This document shows positions 1 to 9,903 of a stretch of DNA of 64,000 nucleotides, in pieces. The position numbers were made by a program, and so were the translations under genes. Source of the stretch: a virus; the IMG/VR virus record IMGVR_UViG_3300002144_000620, positions 89,962-153,961 of that record, one strand, 5' to 3'. Within the stretch, counting starts at the first letter, position 1. The number at the start of each line of letters is the position of its first letter. Under the pieces are notes generated by a model. It was not told the origin of the DNA and made no database searches. It worked only from the letters and a program-made list of their open reading frames with translations.

Positions 1-2451
1 AATCAACACCCAGAATCAGAGGGTAAATTCGTTTCATATGGTGGTAGTTGGATAGCAGTATCATACATCAACATGATGATTGATAATGACGACACTGACA
101 CCATGAAAATTAAAACATTAATATCATACTTACATAATAACGCATGTGAGTTAGGTCAAATTAGTGGTTGGAACCTAAAAGAATCTATGGTATATTTTAT
201 CGATGTGATAACAATGGATTTATATAAGAAATTGGGTTACGACTCTTTAGAAACTTTATCATTAAGTGAAATAATAGATACCTATTATAGAGCTGGTTGT
301 GTAGCTGAAACAATGTTACTTAAAGCAATAGATTTAGGTGACAACCCTAGTGAACTACTTACTTATTTGTCAATAACAGAAGAAGAATTTTATAAACCAA
401 AAACAACTACGTTTACTGATGCGAGTGGTACTAAATTACCTGGACAAGACTCAACAACACCTAAAATAACATTTACCGATGATATAAACGCTACTTTCGA
501 GTTGTACAAAACAACATCAACTAAAACTAATATGTGGGTTAGTGACAAAACGCCTAATAACCAACTTTCTGGTCAAGGTGTAACAACATACGGTTTAACA
601 AATTTATGGTTTAAACCTACTGTTGGCAACAGTAGGTTTATTGATAACCCGAGTTTACTAAATAGTACTGGCGCAATAAATTGGGCTATAGAAGAAGATA
701 AATACGAAGCAATAACTGAAAGTCAGTATAATACTGAAGAACTTAAACCACGTAAAAATAACGGAAGTATACTTAATGATAAAATCAACGAAGATTATAC
801 TACAATTAAATCTTTTATCACTAGTGATAGAAAGTTTATATACGTTCGATGGATAACTCTTTATAATAACACAACACTGACTCAAGCGAATGCGCCAAAT
901 ATAAAAGTAGCACCAAATTGGTTTAAAATACCAACAGAAGAGGTTATTAAAACCCGCTATGCAGCTACTTATGTTGAGGGTGAGTATGATGACTATATAA
1001 ACTATGGTATTGCTACACCAGGAACAACAATAGGTCACCCTAAAGGCGCACAATTTGATTGGAAAAAAGCTAACAGTACTATTAGGAAACCATACACGTA
1101 CCCAGCCGAACCATCAGGTACAACTAAAGACGACCACTACATAGTATCATATGGTGGTATTGGTAAAACTAAAAAACACGCATTTTATAAAATTATAAAA
1201 ACTAGTGAAGCTACCCCTAGTGATGCTTTAAAAATTAATAACCACAGTTTTATCAGTGGATACGGTTACGGTAAAGATACTGGTGATCCTGATAAGGATA
1301 TACTTCACGATTTTACGGTTAGAAATTCAACAACTGGTCAAACTAGTGGTGTTGATATTTTACTACAATCTACATCAAACGCTGGGTCCGTTATAGATGG
1401 ATGGGTCTCACCATTACCTGGCGTACCGACATCAGTAAGCAAATTTGGTTTAAGAAATGGTAAAGAGCATGAAGGTATAGACTTACGAGCCGTACAAGGC
1501 ACCGAAGTATACAGCTCTTATGACGGTATTATTGTAGCCGCTGGACTATTAAATTCAAATGGTTACGGTAATGTGGTTGTAATACAACACCAGGATGTTA
1601 ATTTAACAACAATATACGGACATTTAAGTGAATTTAATTTCACTGAAAGTGGTACACAAATAAGCAAACCTGTTAAAGCTGGTGAGCTAATAGGTAAAAG
1701 TGGTGGTACTAAGGGTACTCCTGGTGCTGGTAACAGTAAGGACCCCCATTTACATTATGAGATAAGAAAAGGTTTAGCCACCAATTACTCATCATCTTTT
1801 AGTTTAACGTCTACTGATCCAGAACCATATATTATAGGGGATAACACAACAACAAACAGTAATGTAGCAACACCTGGGTCAATCCAAACTGGTAATACCG
1901 CTGATTTTTGGTCGCTATTAGCTATATGCGCACTTGAAGATGGTTATCCACAAGGCAGAGCTGATGTCGCACAATCAATATACAATAGAGTTGGTTCACC
2001 AATGTATCAACCCACAATTGCCGAAGTAATCAAATATAAAGCAGGTTACCAACCAGCATTCGCTAATGCAAAAGGTGATATTTCACAAAATTTTGCTAAT
2101 ATTAAAGATAAAACTACCGCTATAAAAGCGTTAGCTGATAAACAATACAAAAAATCTTCAGACCCAACAGCTGCCGCAACTAAGGCACTTAAAGAAACAT
2201 GGGAAGCGCTTAAAGACCCTAATAACCAAAATAACGCTAAACAATTAATTCAAGGTAGAACCGATTTCAAGGCAGAACGTGAAGGTAGTGTTACCTCTAG
2301 AAATGCTAATTTAAAATCAGATGGACGAGGTATCTTTGTTCAGAGAAAACAAAAGGACAACGTATATGGGTGGTCATATAATTATATAACAAATACAACT
2401 TATGGACCACCAGCACAAACATTTTGGGATTTAGGTAGTAATAGTTTTTAA
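1..2451 (+). CDS. Tail-associated peptidoglycan hydrolase, 5'-truncated: M23 peptidase plus C-terminal SleB/Hydrolase_2-like domain
   Basis: Frame is open from base 1. M23 motifs HEGID (HxxxD), YGH, HLHYE. C-terminal 'ALED...ADVAQSIYNRVGSP...IAEVI...YQP' resembles the SleB-type lytic transglycosylase pattern. Confidence 0.8.
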   Translation, partial: NQHPESEGKFVSYGGSWIAVSYINMMIDNDDTDTMKIKTLISYLHNNACELGQISGWNLKESMVYFIDVITMDLYKKLGYDSLETLSLSEIIDTYYRAGCVAETMLLKAIDLGDNPSELLTYLSITEEEFYKPKTTTFTDASGTKLPGQDSTTPKITFTDDINATFELYKTTSTKTNMWVSDKTPNNQLSGQGVTTYGLTNLWFKPTVGNSRFIDNPSLLNSTGAINWAIEEDKYEAITESQYNTEELKPRKNNGSILNDKINEDYTTIKSFITSDRKFIYVRWITLYNNTTLTQANAPNIKVAPNWFKIPTEEVIKTRYAATYVEGEYDDYINYGIATPGTTIGHPKGAQFDWKKANSTIRKPYTYPAEPSGTTKDDHYIVSYGGIGKTKKHAFYKIIKTSEATPSDALKINNHSFISGYGYGKDTGDPDKDILHDFTVRNSTTGQTSGVDILLQSTSNAGSVIDGWVSPLPGVPTSVSKFGLRNGKEHEGIDLRAVQGTEVYSSYDGIIVAAGLLNSNGYGNVVVIQHQDVNLTTIYGHLSEFNFTESGTQISKPVKAGELIGKSGGTKGTPGAGNSKDPHLHYEIRKGLATNYSSSFSLTSTDPEPYIIGDNTTTNSNVATPGSIQTGNTADFWSLLAICALEDGYPQGRADVAQSIYNRVGSPMYQPTIAEVIKYKAGYQPAFANAKGDISQNFANIKDKTTAIKALADKQYKKSSDPTAAATKALKETWEALKDPNNQNNAKQLIQGRTDFKAEREGSVTSRNANLKSDGRGIFVQRKQKDNVYGWSYNYITNTTYGPPAQTFWDLGSNSF

Positions 2452-2489
2452 TATTAAGTTACTATACAACACTTTAATAAAATTCGTTA

Positions 2490-2497
2490 TATTTATA
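2490..2497 (+). promoter_or_regulatory. TATTTATA putative late promoter
   Basis: Motif 13 nt before ATG 2511; recurs at other operon starts. Confidence 0.55.
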
Positions 2498-2510
2498 AGA
2501 AATAACAATT

Positions 2511-2732
2511 ATGAATAATATTGGAAATAAATTAGATAATTTTCTGGGTAATCAAAATAACCCACAGATAGGTGAAGAGGTTTGTGATTTAAATGGTGTT
2601 TGCTATATTAAAACTAAAGATGGTTTAATAGAAAAAACATTAATTGAAAAAAAATTAGTACTAGAAGATGGTAGGGAATTACTAAGAGAAGAAAGACCAA
2701 TAAGCAACTCAAGTAAAAGATTTTTAAGATGA
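2511..2732 (+). CDS. Hypothetical protein (73 aa)
   Basis: ORF with A-rich leader; ATGA overlap with next gene. Confidence 0.75.
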   Translation: MNNIGNKLDNFLGNQNNPQIGEEVCDLNGVCYIKTKDGLIEKTLIEKKLVLEDGRELLREERPISNSSKRFLR

Positions 2733-3439
2733 ATAAAAAATTAGACACTATATTATCTGAAGAGATATCGAGATTTAACGATATACTATCTTACACCTTA
2801 ACCGAAGGTCATCACTATAAATTTTATGAAGCTGAAGAGGAAGTTGGTACTGAAGATGTTATTGATGAACCAGGTGAAATACCTGTTGATGATACTGAAG
2901 AGGTTATTGACGACACCGATTTAGAAACTGGTGATGAGGTTTCTGACGAAACTAGTATTGATACAACAGAAATGGAACCTGAAGTAGAACCTGAAGGTGA
3001 TATAGAAGTTGATGTAACGGATTTAGTTAATTCAACAAAAGAAATGAACACTAAAGCTGACGATATTGTACAAAAGATTCTTGGAACAACAACAAAAATA
3101 GAGGATATGATTAATAAAGTTGATGGTGTTGAAAAAAGTTTACAAAAGATGGACTCTTTGGTACAACAAATGCAAAGCCTAACTAAACAAGTTGAGTTAA
3201 TGAGACCACCAACTGAGGGGGAAAGAAGAAAAGCTTTGGCGAAAGATTCTTACCCATTCAACGTAACACAAGACGATTACGCTGAAGGTACTGGACCAAA
3301 AACACAAACTGACTTAGAAGGTAGACCAGATAAATTATCTATGATGGATAATTTAGTAAACGATTACAATGAGACTGATATTAAACACAGTTTTTATAAT
3401 GTCGAAGATAAAGAAGAGAAAAAAATAAGTAACTACTAA
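2729..3439 (+). CDS. Acidic coiled-coil protein, possible head scaffold/internal protein
   Basis: D/E-rich segment followed by heptad-like region; N-terminal ILSEE/LTEG motifs. Confidence 0.55.
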   Translation: MNKKLDTILSEEISRFNDILSYTLTEGHHYKFYEAEEEVGTEDVIDEPGEIPVDDTEEVIDDTDLETGDEVSDETSIDTTEMEPEVEPEGDIEVDVTDLVNSTKEMNTKADDIVQKILGTTTKIEDMINKVDGVEKSLQKMDSLVQQMQSLTKQVELMRPPTEGERRKALAKDSYPFNVTQDDYAEGTGPKTQTDLEGRPDKLSMMDNLVNDYNETDIKHSFYNVEDKEEKKISNY

Positions 3440-3440
3440 T

Positions 3441-3746
3441 ATGAGAAACCCAGGATTACAACAAGAGATCGTAACAACATATATAACGGTTGGTGATGGT
3501 GCGTTAGTACCAGTCGATACAAACGATTATACAATTAATTACTATTCAATACTAACATGTGGTAATACATCTGATACTATTACAGTAACATTAAACGGTG
3601 TACCAAATGTTGTGTTATCTATGATTGGTTTAGTTGAAATGTCTATACAGTCTATAGAAGTAACATCAGTACAAAACACTAGTGGTGCTGGTGTAACTAA
3701 AGGTTTGATTGTTTACGGTTTAAAAGCGTATAAAACAATGTGGTAA
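3441..3746 (+). CDS. Hypothetical beta-rich protein (101 aa), possibly structural
   Basis: ORF coupled to upstream gene and followed by a terminator. Confidence 0.7.
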   Translation: MRNPGLQQEIVTTYITVGDGALVPVDTNDYTINYYSILTCGNTSDTITVTLNGVPNVVLSMIGLVEMSIQSIEVTSVQNTSGAGVTKGLIVYGLKAYKTMW

Positions 3747-3769
3747 ACACAGATTAAAATTAATATTAC

Positions 3770-3797
3770 GAGACCTCTATTTATAGGGGTCTTTTTT
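3770..3797 (+). terminator. Rho-independent terminator
   Basis: AGACCTCTAT-TT-ATAGGGGTCT stem followed by T run. Confidence 0.8.
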
Positions 3798-3823
3798 ATT
3801 TATTGAAGTTTTTTAACTACAAA

Positions 3824-3855
3824 CTTGTTTTTTAGCTAATTTGTTCTTAGTTTTG
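3824..3855 (+). promoter_or_regulatory. Bacteroidota-type -33/-7 promoter upstream of SSB
   Basis: cTTG (3824-3827), 20 nt spacer, TAGTTTTG (3848-3855) matching TAnnTTTG. Confidence 0.7.
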
Positions 3856-3881
3856 TACCATAACATATAAAAATATAAATT

Positions 3882-4835
3882 ATGATTGATTACAAAAAAA
3901 TTGATTGGGGCAAGGCCGCTACAGACACTCTGGCTGATTACGAACAAGAAAAAGCGAAATCAGCTAACAATTCAACACAAAGAACTAGCGTTGATTTAAC
4001 CAAGTACTTCAACATCATGTTGGACAAAAGTGAGAATCAAGGTGAGAAATCCATTAGGGTTCTTCCTAACCAAGACGACCCAACTAAATGGTACAAAATT
4101 GGTTACTTCCACAACATTAAAATTGGTTCAAAGTACACTAAACTTTACGATCCAGCACAAGACAATGAACATTCACCACTTAACGACACCTATAATTTTT
4201 ATATGGGTACTGGTGATAAAGATGACAGACGAATGGCTAATAACTACAAGTCTAGACAATTCTTTATTATTAGATGTATTGAGCGTGGTAAAGAGCATGA
4301 AGGTGTTAAATTCTGGAGATTCCCAGTTGTTCAAGATGGTTCAGGTATTATGGACAAAATCGCACCACTAGTTAAGAAGTATGGTGCATTCTGGAACCCT
4401 TTTGAGGGTTACGACCTAACAATCTCTATCATCAGAGATAATAAAAACGGAGCACCAGGTGGTGGGTATTGTAAAGCGTCTTCTATTATTCCAGATAGAG
4501 AATCTAAATTATCTGATGATGAAACCCAAACAACCACATGGTTAAGTGATGAAATGGTTTGGACCGATATCTTTAGAAAAAAATCTAATGATTACCTACT
4601 TATTGTTGCTTCTGGTGACGAACCAATGTGGGATGCTGAAGCAAAGAAATTTGTAACTAAAGTTGAGGATGGTATAACAAACTACCAAAGTAACGATACA
4701 CCAACTGAGAAAGTTGTGTACGAAACCCCAACTAGCACTAGCACTAACACCAACGGAACAGACGTTGTTAATGAAACACCTACTGAGCCAACGAATAATG
4801 CACCTCAGTTACAAATTGATGATTTACCGTTCTAA
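3882..4835 (+). CDS. Single-stranded DNA-binding protein (T4 gp32-like)
   Basis: IRVLP...FH pattern, GYDL.I motif, acidic tail ending DDLPF, position next to RecA. Confidence 0.8.
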   Translation: MIDYKKIDWGKAATDTLADYEQEKAKSANNSTQRTSVDLTKYFNIMLDKSENQGEKSIRVLPNQDDPTKWYKIGYFHNIKIGSKYTKLYDPAQDNEHSPLNDTYNFYMGTGDKDDRRMANNYKSRQFFIIRCIERGKEHEGVKFWRFPVVQDGSGIMDKIAPLVKKYGAFWNPFEGYDLTISIIRDNKNGAPGGGYCKASSIIPDRESKLSDDETQTTTWLSDEMVWTDIFRKKSNDYLLIVASGDEPMWDAEAKKFVTKVEDGITNYQSNDTPTEKVVYETPTSTSTNTNGTDVVNETPTEPTNNAPQLQIDDLPF

Positions 4836-4848
4836 AAACTAAAATCAT

Positions 4849-4906
4849 AATGCACGAACATTTGGGTTGGTATATAGGTATCAACTCATGTTCGTGCATT
4901 TTTTTT
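4849..4906 (+). terminator. Long hairpin with U tail (terminator or processing site)
   Basis: AATGCACGAACAT...ATGTTCGTGCATT outer stem, inner G-U containing stem, then T run. Confidence 0.75.
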
Positions 4907-4928
4907 AACAACATAACAAATAAATAAA

Positions 4929-5930
4929 ATGGCAGTAAAGAAAAAAGAATTCTCATTCGATGACATGAGAAATAAATATAGTTCATCAACAACATACAAA
5001 CCAGACGAATTCTTAAACTGCGGTAATGCGTTTTTAGAAATGACTGGCGTACAAGGACCAGCAACTGGCCACATTAACATGTTCTTAGGTCACTCTGACA
5101 CGGGTAAAACAACTGCGCTAATTTTAGCGGCTATTGCTGCACAAAAGAGAGGTGCCGTACCAGTATTCTTAGTCACTGAAAAGAAATGGGATTTCAGTCA
5201 CGCTAAACTAATGGGTTTAGATTGTGAACAAGATCCATCAACAGGTGAATGGGTAGGTCGATTTTTTTATCGTGACGATTTCTTCTATATTGAACAAATT
5301 ACAGACTATATCAATAAATTACTAGATGATCAAGCTAAAGGTGATATTCCATTTGATTTAGTATTCTTCTGGGATTCTGTTGGTTCAGTACCATGTAAAA
5401 TGACTTTTGATGGTAAAGGTGGTAAACAACATACAGCTGGTGTATTAGCAGAAAAAATTGGTATGGGTATTAACCAAAGAATTAATAGCACCAGAAAAGA
5501 CACGTCAGAGTATACAAATACTATGGTAGTAATTAACCAACCTTGGGTTGAATTACCAGACAACCCGTTTGGACAACCTAGAATTAAAGCTAAAGGTGGT
5601 GACGCATTTTGGTTAAACTCAACAATGATATTCTTATTTGGTAATCAGAAAAACGCTGGTACTGGTAAAATAGATGCAACTAAAAATGGTCGTAAGGTTA
5701 AGTTTGCAACAAGAACCAAAATTAGTGTAATGAAAAACCACGTAAACGGTTTAGGTTATGGTGATGGTAAGATAATAGCAACACCACATGGTTTCATATT
5801 AGACACTAAAGAAGCTATAGACCAATATAAAAAGGATTATTCTGACTACTGGGTTGATACTTTAGGAGCTACGGATTTTGATTTAGATGAAGAAGAAACA
5901 AAATCTGGTGTAGACTATGAAGATCAATAA
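4929..5930 (+). CDS. uvsX: RecA/UvsX-like recombinase
   Basis: Walker A GHSDTGKT, Walker B-like FFWDSVG, INQ and KGG motifs, KNHV. Confidence 0.9.
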   Translation: MAVKKKEFSFDDMRNKYSSSTTYKPDEFLNCGNAFLEMTGVQGPATGHINMFLGHSDTGKTTALILAAIAAQKRGAVPVFLVTEKKWDFSHAKLMGLDCEQDPSTGEWVGRFFYRDDFFYIEQITDYINKLLDDQAKGDIPFDLVFFWDSVGSVPCKMTFDGKGGKQHTAGVLAEKIGMGINQRINSTRKDTSEYTNTMVVINQPWVELPDNPFGQPRIKAKGGDAFWLNSTMIFLFGNQKNAGTGKIDATKNGRKVKFATRTKISVMKNHVNGLGYGDGKIIATPHGFILDTKEAIDQYKKDYSDYWVDTLGATDFDLDEEETKSGVDYEDQ

Positions 5931-6972
5931 ACCGATTAGAAATAAGGTAACATCACTAAACTCACTATTAATTGATGGTGAGTATTTATTAAAACAAGGG
6001 TTTCATGGCGCTAAACACACTCAAGGTAAACATGGGAGTGTTGGCACCATATACCACTTTGTAAACACAATTAAGCGGTTCTATCAGGATTATGCGGTAA
6101 CTAAAGTTGTAGTTTTTTGGGAAGGCGAGGGTTCTAAAGAGTATAGAAAAGGTTATTACCCTTATTATAAGATGAATCGCAATGATAAGTACGATGATGG
6201 TGAACGATTTGATTTAGATAGACAAAGGATAAGGATAAAACAGTATCTTGAAGAACTATCGATAAGACAAGTTGAGATTCACGGTTGTGAGGCTGACGAT
6301 AGTATCGCTTATTACACTATGAACTCTCCTAACGAGAACAAGGTTGTGTACACTAACGATAGAGATTTACTACAACTATTATCTGACGATACTAAAGTTC
6401 AATTAACCATCAATAAAGCTAGAGTTATGATAAATAAAGATAACTTTAAATCTTATTTTGATTACCACTACGATAATGTTGGTATCATTAAAATGATTGC
6501 TGGTGATACTAGTGATAATATATCTGGGTTAAAAAATATTGGTGAACAAACGGTCTTAAAATATTTCCCAGAAATAAAAAATAGACCTGTTAATCACGAG
6601 TGGATTATGAATCGTACTAGAGAATTGTTAGAAGAGAAACCTAACGATAAAACTTTAAATACCATAATTAATGGTGACACGAAATGGGGGACATATGGTA
6701 ATGATTACTTTTCAGTTATGAACAAGATAATAAACCTAAGGGAACCCAATATTACTGAAGAACTTAAATCATCCGTTAATGAAATGGTTAACGAGGTTTT
6801 ATCACCAGAAGGTAGGGGTGGTATAAAAAAAGTTATGGAAATGATGAAAGAAGATGAATTATTGAATTTTTTACCTAGGAATGATGACAACTTCTTTGTT
6901 TTCTGGTCAAGTTTTATTACTATTATAAAAAAAGAAGAAAATGCTTATAACACAACAAAAAAAAGGGACTGA
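5917..6972 (+). CDS. 5'-3' exonuclease / T4 RNase H-like flap nuclease
   Basis: LLIDG, YKMNR, EADD, NDRDLLQL, GDTSDNISG..NIG (H3TH) motifs. Confidence 0.9.
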   Translation: MKINKPIRNKVTSLNSLLIDGEYLLKQGFHGAKHTQGKHGSVGTIYHFVNTIKRFYQDYAVTKVVVFWEGEGSKEYRKGYYPYYKMNRNDKYDDGERFDLDRQRIRIKQYLEELSIRQVEIHGCEADDSIAYYTMNSPNENKVVYTNDRDLLQLLSDDTKVQLTINKARVMINKDNFKSYFDYHYDNVGIIKMIAGDTSDNISGLKNIGEQTVLKYFPEIKNRPVNHEWIMNRTRELLEEKPNDKTLNTIINGDTKWGTYGNDYFSVMNKIINLREPNITEELKSSVNEMVNEVLSPEGRGGIKKVMEMMKEDELLNFLPRNDDNFFVFWSSFITIIKKEENAYNTTKKRD

Positions 6973-6973
6973 A

Positions 6974-7435
6974 ATGGAACAAAAAAAAGAACAACGTAAA
7001 TTTGAGTTTACACTCTACTTAAATGAAAATATCATAGTACAGAGGTACTTTAATATCATAGGTTTTAATCAAAGAGCGGTTAATTCAATTAATTTTAAAG
7101 AATCTGTTGACGAAAACATGGAGATAATCAAGGATGCACTTAAAATTAAAACTTTAGACTTTTTGAATGAGAACTCACGTAATTTTTACGAGATACCTAA
7201 TTTCGAAAAAAATATATCCAATGATATGATAAAAATCACTGTGAAACATGATGGTGAAGTTATTGCATACAGAGAATGGGATGCTACTATATACCCAGTT
7301 AAAGTTAGATACACAGTTGATGTACGTCAGCATATCTATGAGTTAATCACAAAAATCCAAAAGTGTTTATGTACACCTAACAAATTCTTGGAGACAGAGT
7401 ACATGGGTTACGACCTACAAGTTCAAGCACAATAA
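6974..7435 (+). CDS. Hypothetical protein
   Basis: ORF 6941-7435; ATG 6974 preferred because it directly follows the upstream stop. Confidence 0.75.
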   Translation: MEQKKEQRKFEFTLYLNENIIVQRYFNIIGFNQRAVNSINFKESVDENMEIIKDALKIKTLDFLNENSRNFYEIPNFEKNISNDMIKITVKHDGEVIAYREWDATIYPVKVRYTVDVRQHIYELITKIQKCLCTPNKFLETEYMGYDLQVQAQ

Positions 7436-7449
7436 AATAAAAATAATAA

Positions 7450-8874
7450 ATGAGTCATAAAATAAACAGCTTTGAGGATCTAGGTAAAGACTTCCAATTA
7501 CAATTATTAAATGAAATAGTAACAGACCACAAATTCGGAAAATCTATAATTGATATAATTGAACCACAATTTTTTCCTTCTGAATCTTTTCAGAAAATAG
7601 CACATTCGGTAAAAAAATATCACAAAGAACATGAGGTATTACCTAATTTTAAATCGTTAGGTACGGAAATCAAGGGTGACGTACCAGTTGAACATGAAGC
7701 TTTAAGGGCTCAACTATTTGACACACTAAGTGAGATCGAGTTATGTAAAATAGGTAACTTAAATGTACAAAAAAACGCTATTAGATTCTGTAGATTACAA
7801 TCGATTCGTGGTGCTGTAAATGATATTAAAACAAAGTTAGATCGTGGGATTATATCCGACTACGATGAGATAGAAAAAAAGATTAAAGACGCTATAACAT
7901 TTAAAGATGGTCATGATCCCATATTATTATTTGATAATATGGAAAAAGTTTTATCTGAAGACTACAGAAACCCAATTCCAACAGGTATAAAAGGTATTGA
8001 TGATATTACAAAAGGTGGGTTATCTAAAGGTGAGGTAGCTATGGTTATAGCACCTCTAGGTGTCGGTAAGACAACTTTTTTAACTAAGGTGGCTAGTAGT
8101 GCATTTTTAGCTGGCAAAACCGTATTACAAGTATTTTTTGAAGATAAAGAAGAATCGGTACAAAGAAAACATTTTTCGGCCTTAACTGGTATACCTTTAA
8201 GTGAACTTCATTTAAATAAAGAGGTTATTACAAATAAAGTTACAGCGATTAAACAAAAATATGATAATCATTTGTACTTACAAAAACTACCTTCAGATGG
8301 TGTAACAATCGTTAAAATCAAGAACGTAATTAAAAAGATAAATTCAACTGGTGTTAAGGTTGATGTGTTGGTCTTAGATTACATAGACTGTTTATCAATG
8401 GAGAAAGAAAGTTCTAGTGGTGAAGAATGGTCAAATGAGGGTAAGATTATGCGTCAGTTTGAAACTATGGTTGATGAGATGAACGTGGTTGGATGGACAG
8501 CCACCCAAGGTAACCGAAGTTCCACTAGTGTTGAGGTTGTTAAAACAGAAAATATGGGTGGGAATTTAAAGAAAGCTCAGATAGCACATTTTATTATGAG
8601 TATCGGTAAAACACTTGAACAAAAAGAACAAAAAGTTGCGACAATTTCAATATTAAAAAACAGGATGGGTGAGGATGGTATGATATTTAAGGATTGTGTT
8701 TTTGATAATGGAAGAATAATTATCGATACCGATGATTTATTAACAGAAAAGGGGTTTGAATCACAAAAAGCTGCGAAAAATAAAGAAGCGCTTAGAGCAC
8801 ACTTAAATTCTCAGATAAGAGGTAACATCAACGATGTTGATAAAGATTCTTTAGAAATTAAAGAGATTATATGA
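7450..8874 (+). CDS. Replicative DnaB/gp41-like helicase
   Basis: IPTG, Walker A APLGVGKT, LDYID, ATQGNR, KNR motifs. Confidence 0.9.
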   Translation: MSHKINSFEDLGKDFQLQLLNEIVTDHKFGKSIIDIIEPQFFPSESFQKIAHSVKKYHKEHEVLPNFKSLGTEIKGDVPVEHEALRAQLFDTLSEIELCKIGNLNVQKNAIRFCRLQSIRGAVNDIKTKLDRGIISDYDEIEKKIKDAITFKDGHDPILLFDNMEKVLSEDYRNPIPTGIKGIDDITKGGLSKGEVAMVIAPLGVGKTTFLTKVASSAFLAGKTVLQVFFEDKEESVQRKHFSALTGIPLSELHLNKEVITNKVTAIKQKYDNHLYLQKLPSDGVTIVKIKNVIKKINSTGVKVDVLVLDYIDCLSMEKESSSGEEWSNEGKIMRQFETMVDEMNVVGWTATQGNRSSTSVEVVKTENMGGNLKKAQIAHFIMSIGKTLEQKEQKVATISILKNRMGEDGMIFKDCVFDNGRIIIDTDDLLTEKGFESQKAAKNKEALRAHLNSQIRGNINDVDKDSLEIKEII

Positions 8875-8883
8875 TAATCTTAC

Positions 8884-8902
8884 TATCTTTGACCATATTT
8901 AT
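8884..8902 (+). promoter_or_regulatory. Adjacent -7-like element (TATCTTTG) and TATTTAT motif upstream of nrdB
   Basis: TATCTTTG 8884-8891 (no clear -33) and TATTTAT 8896-8902. Confidence 0.4.
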
Positions 8903-8925
8903 TAAAACAACAAAAATTTAAATTT

Positions 8926-9876
8926 ATGAAAGAACCAATTTTAGAAGAAAACCCTGGTAGATTCGTCATTTTTCCAATACAGTATGACGACATATGGGAA
9001 TATTATAAACAACACCAAGCAGCCTTCTGGACAGCCGAAGAGGTTGACTTATCTAACGATATAAGAGACTGGGAAAGTTTAACAGATAATGAAAGGTATT
9101 TTATTAAAAATATACTATCATTTTTCGCATCATCAGACGGTATTGTAAATGAAAACTTAGCTGAGAATTTTTTAAAAGAAGTTCAGTATCCAGAAGCTAA
9201 ATTCTTTTACGGTATACAAATAGCGATGGAAAACATTCATAGTTTAATGTATTCTTTATTGATCGATACGTACATATCAAACCATCAAGAAAAGATGGAT
9301 AGCTTTAATGCTTTAGAAAACTTACCAGCTGTACAAAAGAAAGCTAAATGGGCTTTAGACTGGATAGATAACGCATCTTTCCAAGAAAGATTAGTGGCTT
9401 TTGCTGCCGTTGAAGGTATTTTCTTTTCAGGTTCTTTCGCTTCAATTTTTTGGTTAAAATCTAGAGGTTTAATGCAGGGTTTATGTAACGCCAACACATT
9501 AATATTTAAAGACGAGAACCTACATTGCGACTTTGCTATCCATTTGAGCAATAACCACGTTGTTAATAAATTATCTGAATCTAGAATTAAAGAGATATTA
9601 TTATCCGCTTTAGAGATTGAGAAAGAATTTATCACAGAATCATTACCAGTATCTTTAATAGGTATGAACTCTAATATGATGAAACAGTATCTTGAGTTTG
9701 TAACCGATGGTTTATTAGCTAAATTCGGTTGTAAAAAAGAATTTAATGTGGATCAACCGTTTAAGTTTATGGAACAAATTGCTGTGGAAACCAAGGGGAA
9801 TTTCTTTGAATCAAGAACCGTTGAGTATCAAAAAGCTAAATTAAATGAAAAACTTAGTTTTACCGATGATTTTTAA
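8926..9876 (+). CDS. nrdB: Ribonucleotide reductase class Ia beta subunit
   Basis: FWTAEEVDL, metal ligands D / ENIH / VEGIFF / DENLH, radical Tyr in LMYS, NFFE motif. Confidence 0.97.
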   Translation: MKEPILEENPGRFVIFPIQYDDIWEYYKQHQAAFWTAEEVDLSNDIRDWESLTDNERYFIKNILSFFASSDGIVNENLAENFLKEVQYPEAKFFYGIQIAMENIHSLMYSLLIDTYISNHQEKMDSFNALENLPAVQKKAKWALDWIDNASFQERLVAFAAVEGIFFSGSFASIFWLKSRGLMQGLCNANTLIFKDENLHCDFAIHLSNNHVVNKLSESRIKEILLSALEIEKEFITESLPVSLIGMNSNMMKQYLEFVTDGLLAKFGCKKEFNVDQPFKFMEQIAVETKGNFFESRTVEYQKAKLNEKLSFTDDF

Positions 9877-9903
9877 TTAACCGTTAATAAATAAAAAATA
9901 AAA

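Noticed and set aside
6941-6976. Programmed frameshift at the A8 run fusing RNase H to the next ORF
   Set aside because: Would need a +1 shift, no stimulatory structure seen, and an ATG at 6974 directly follows the stop.
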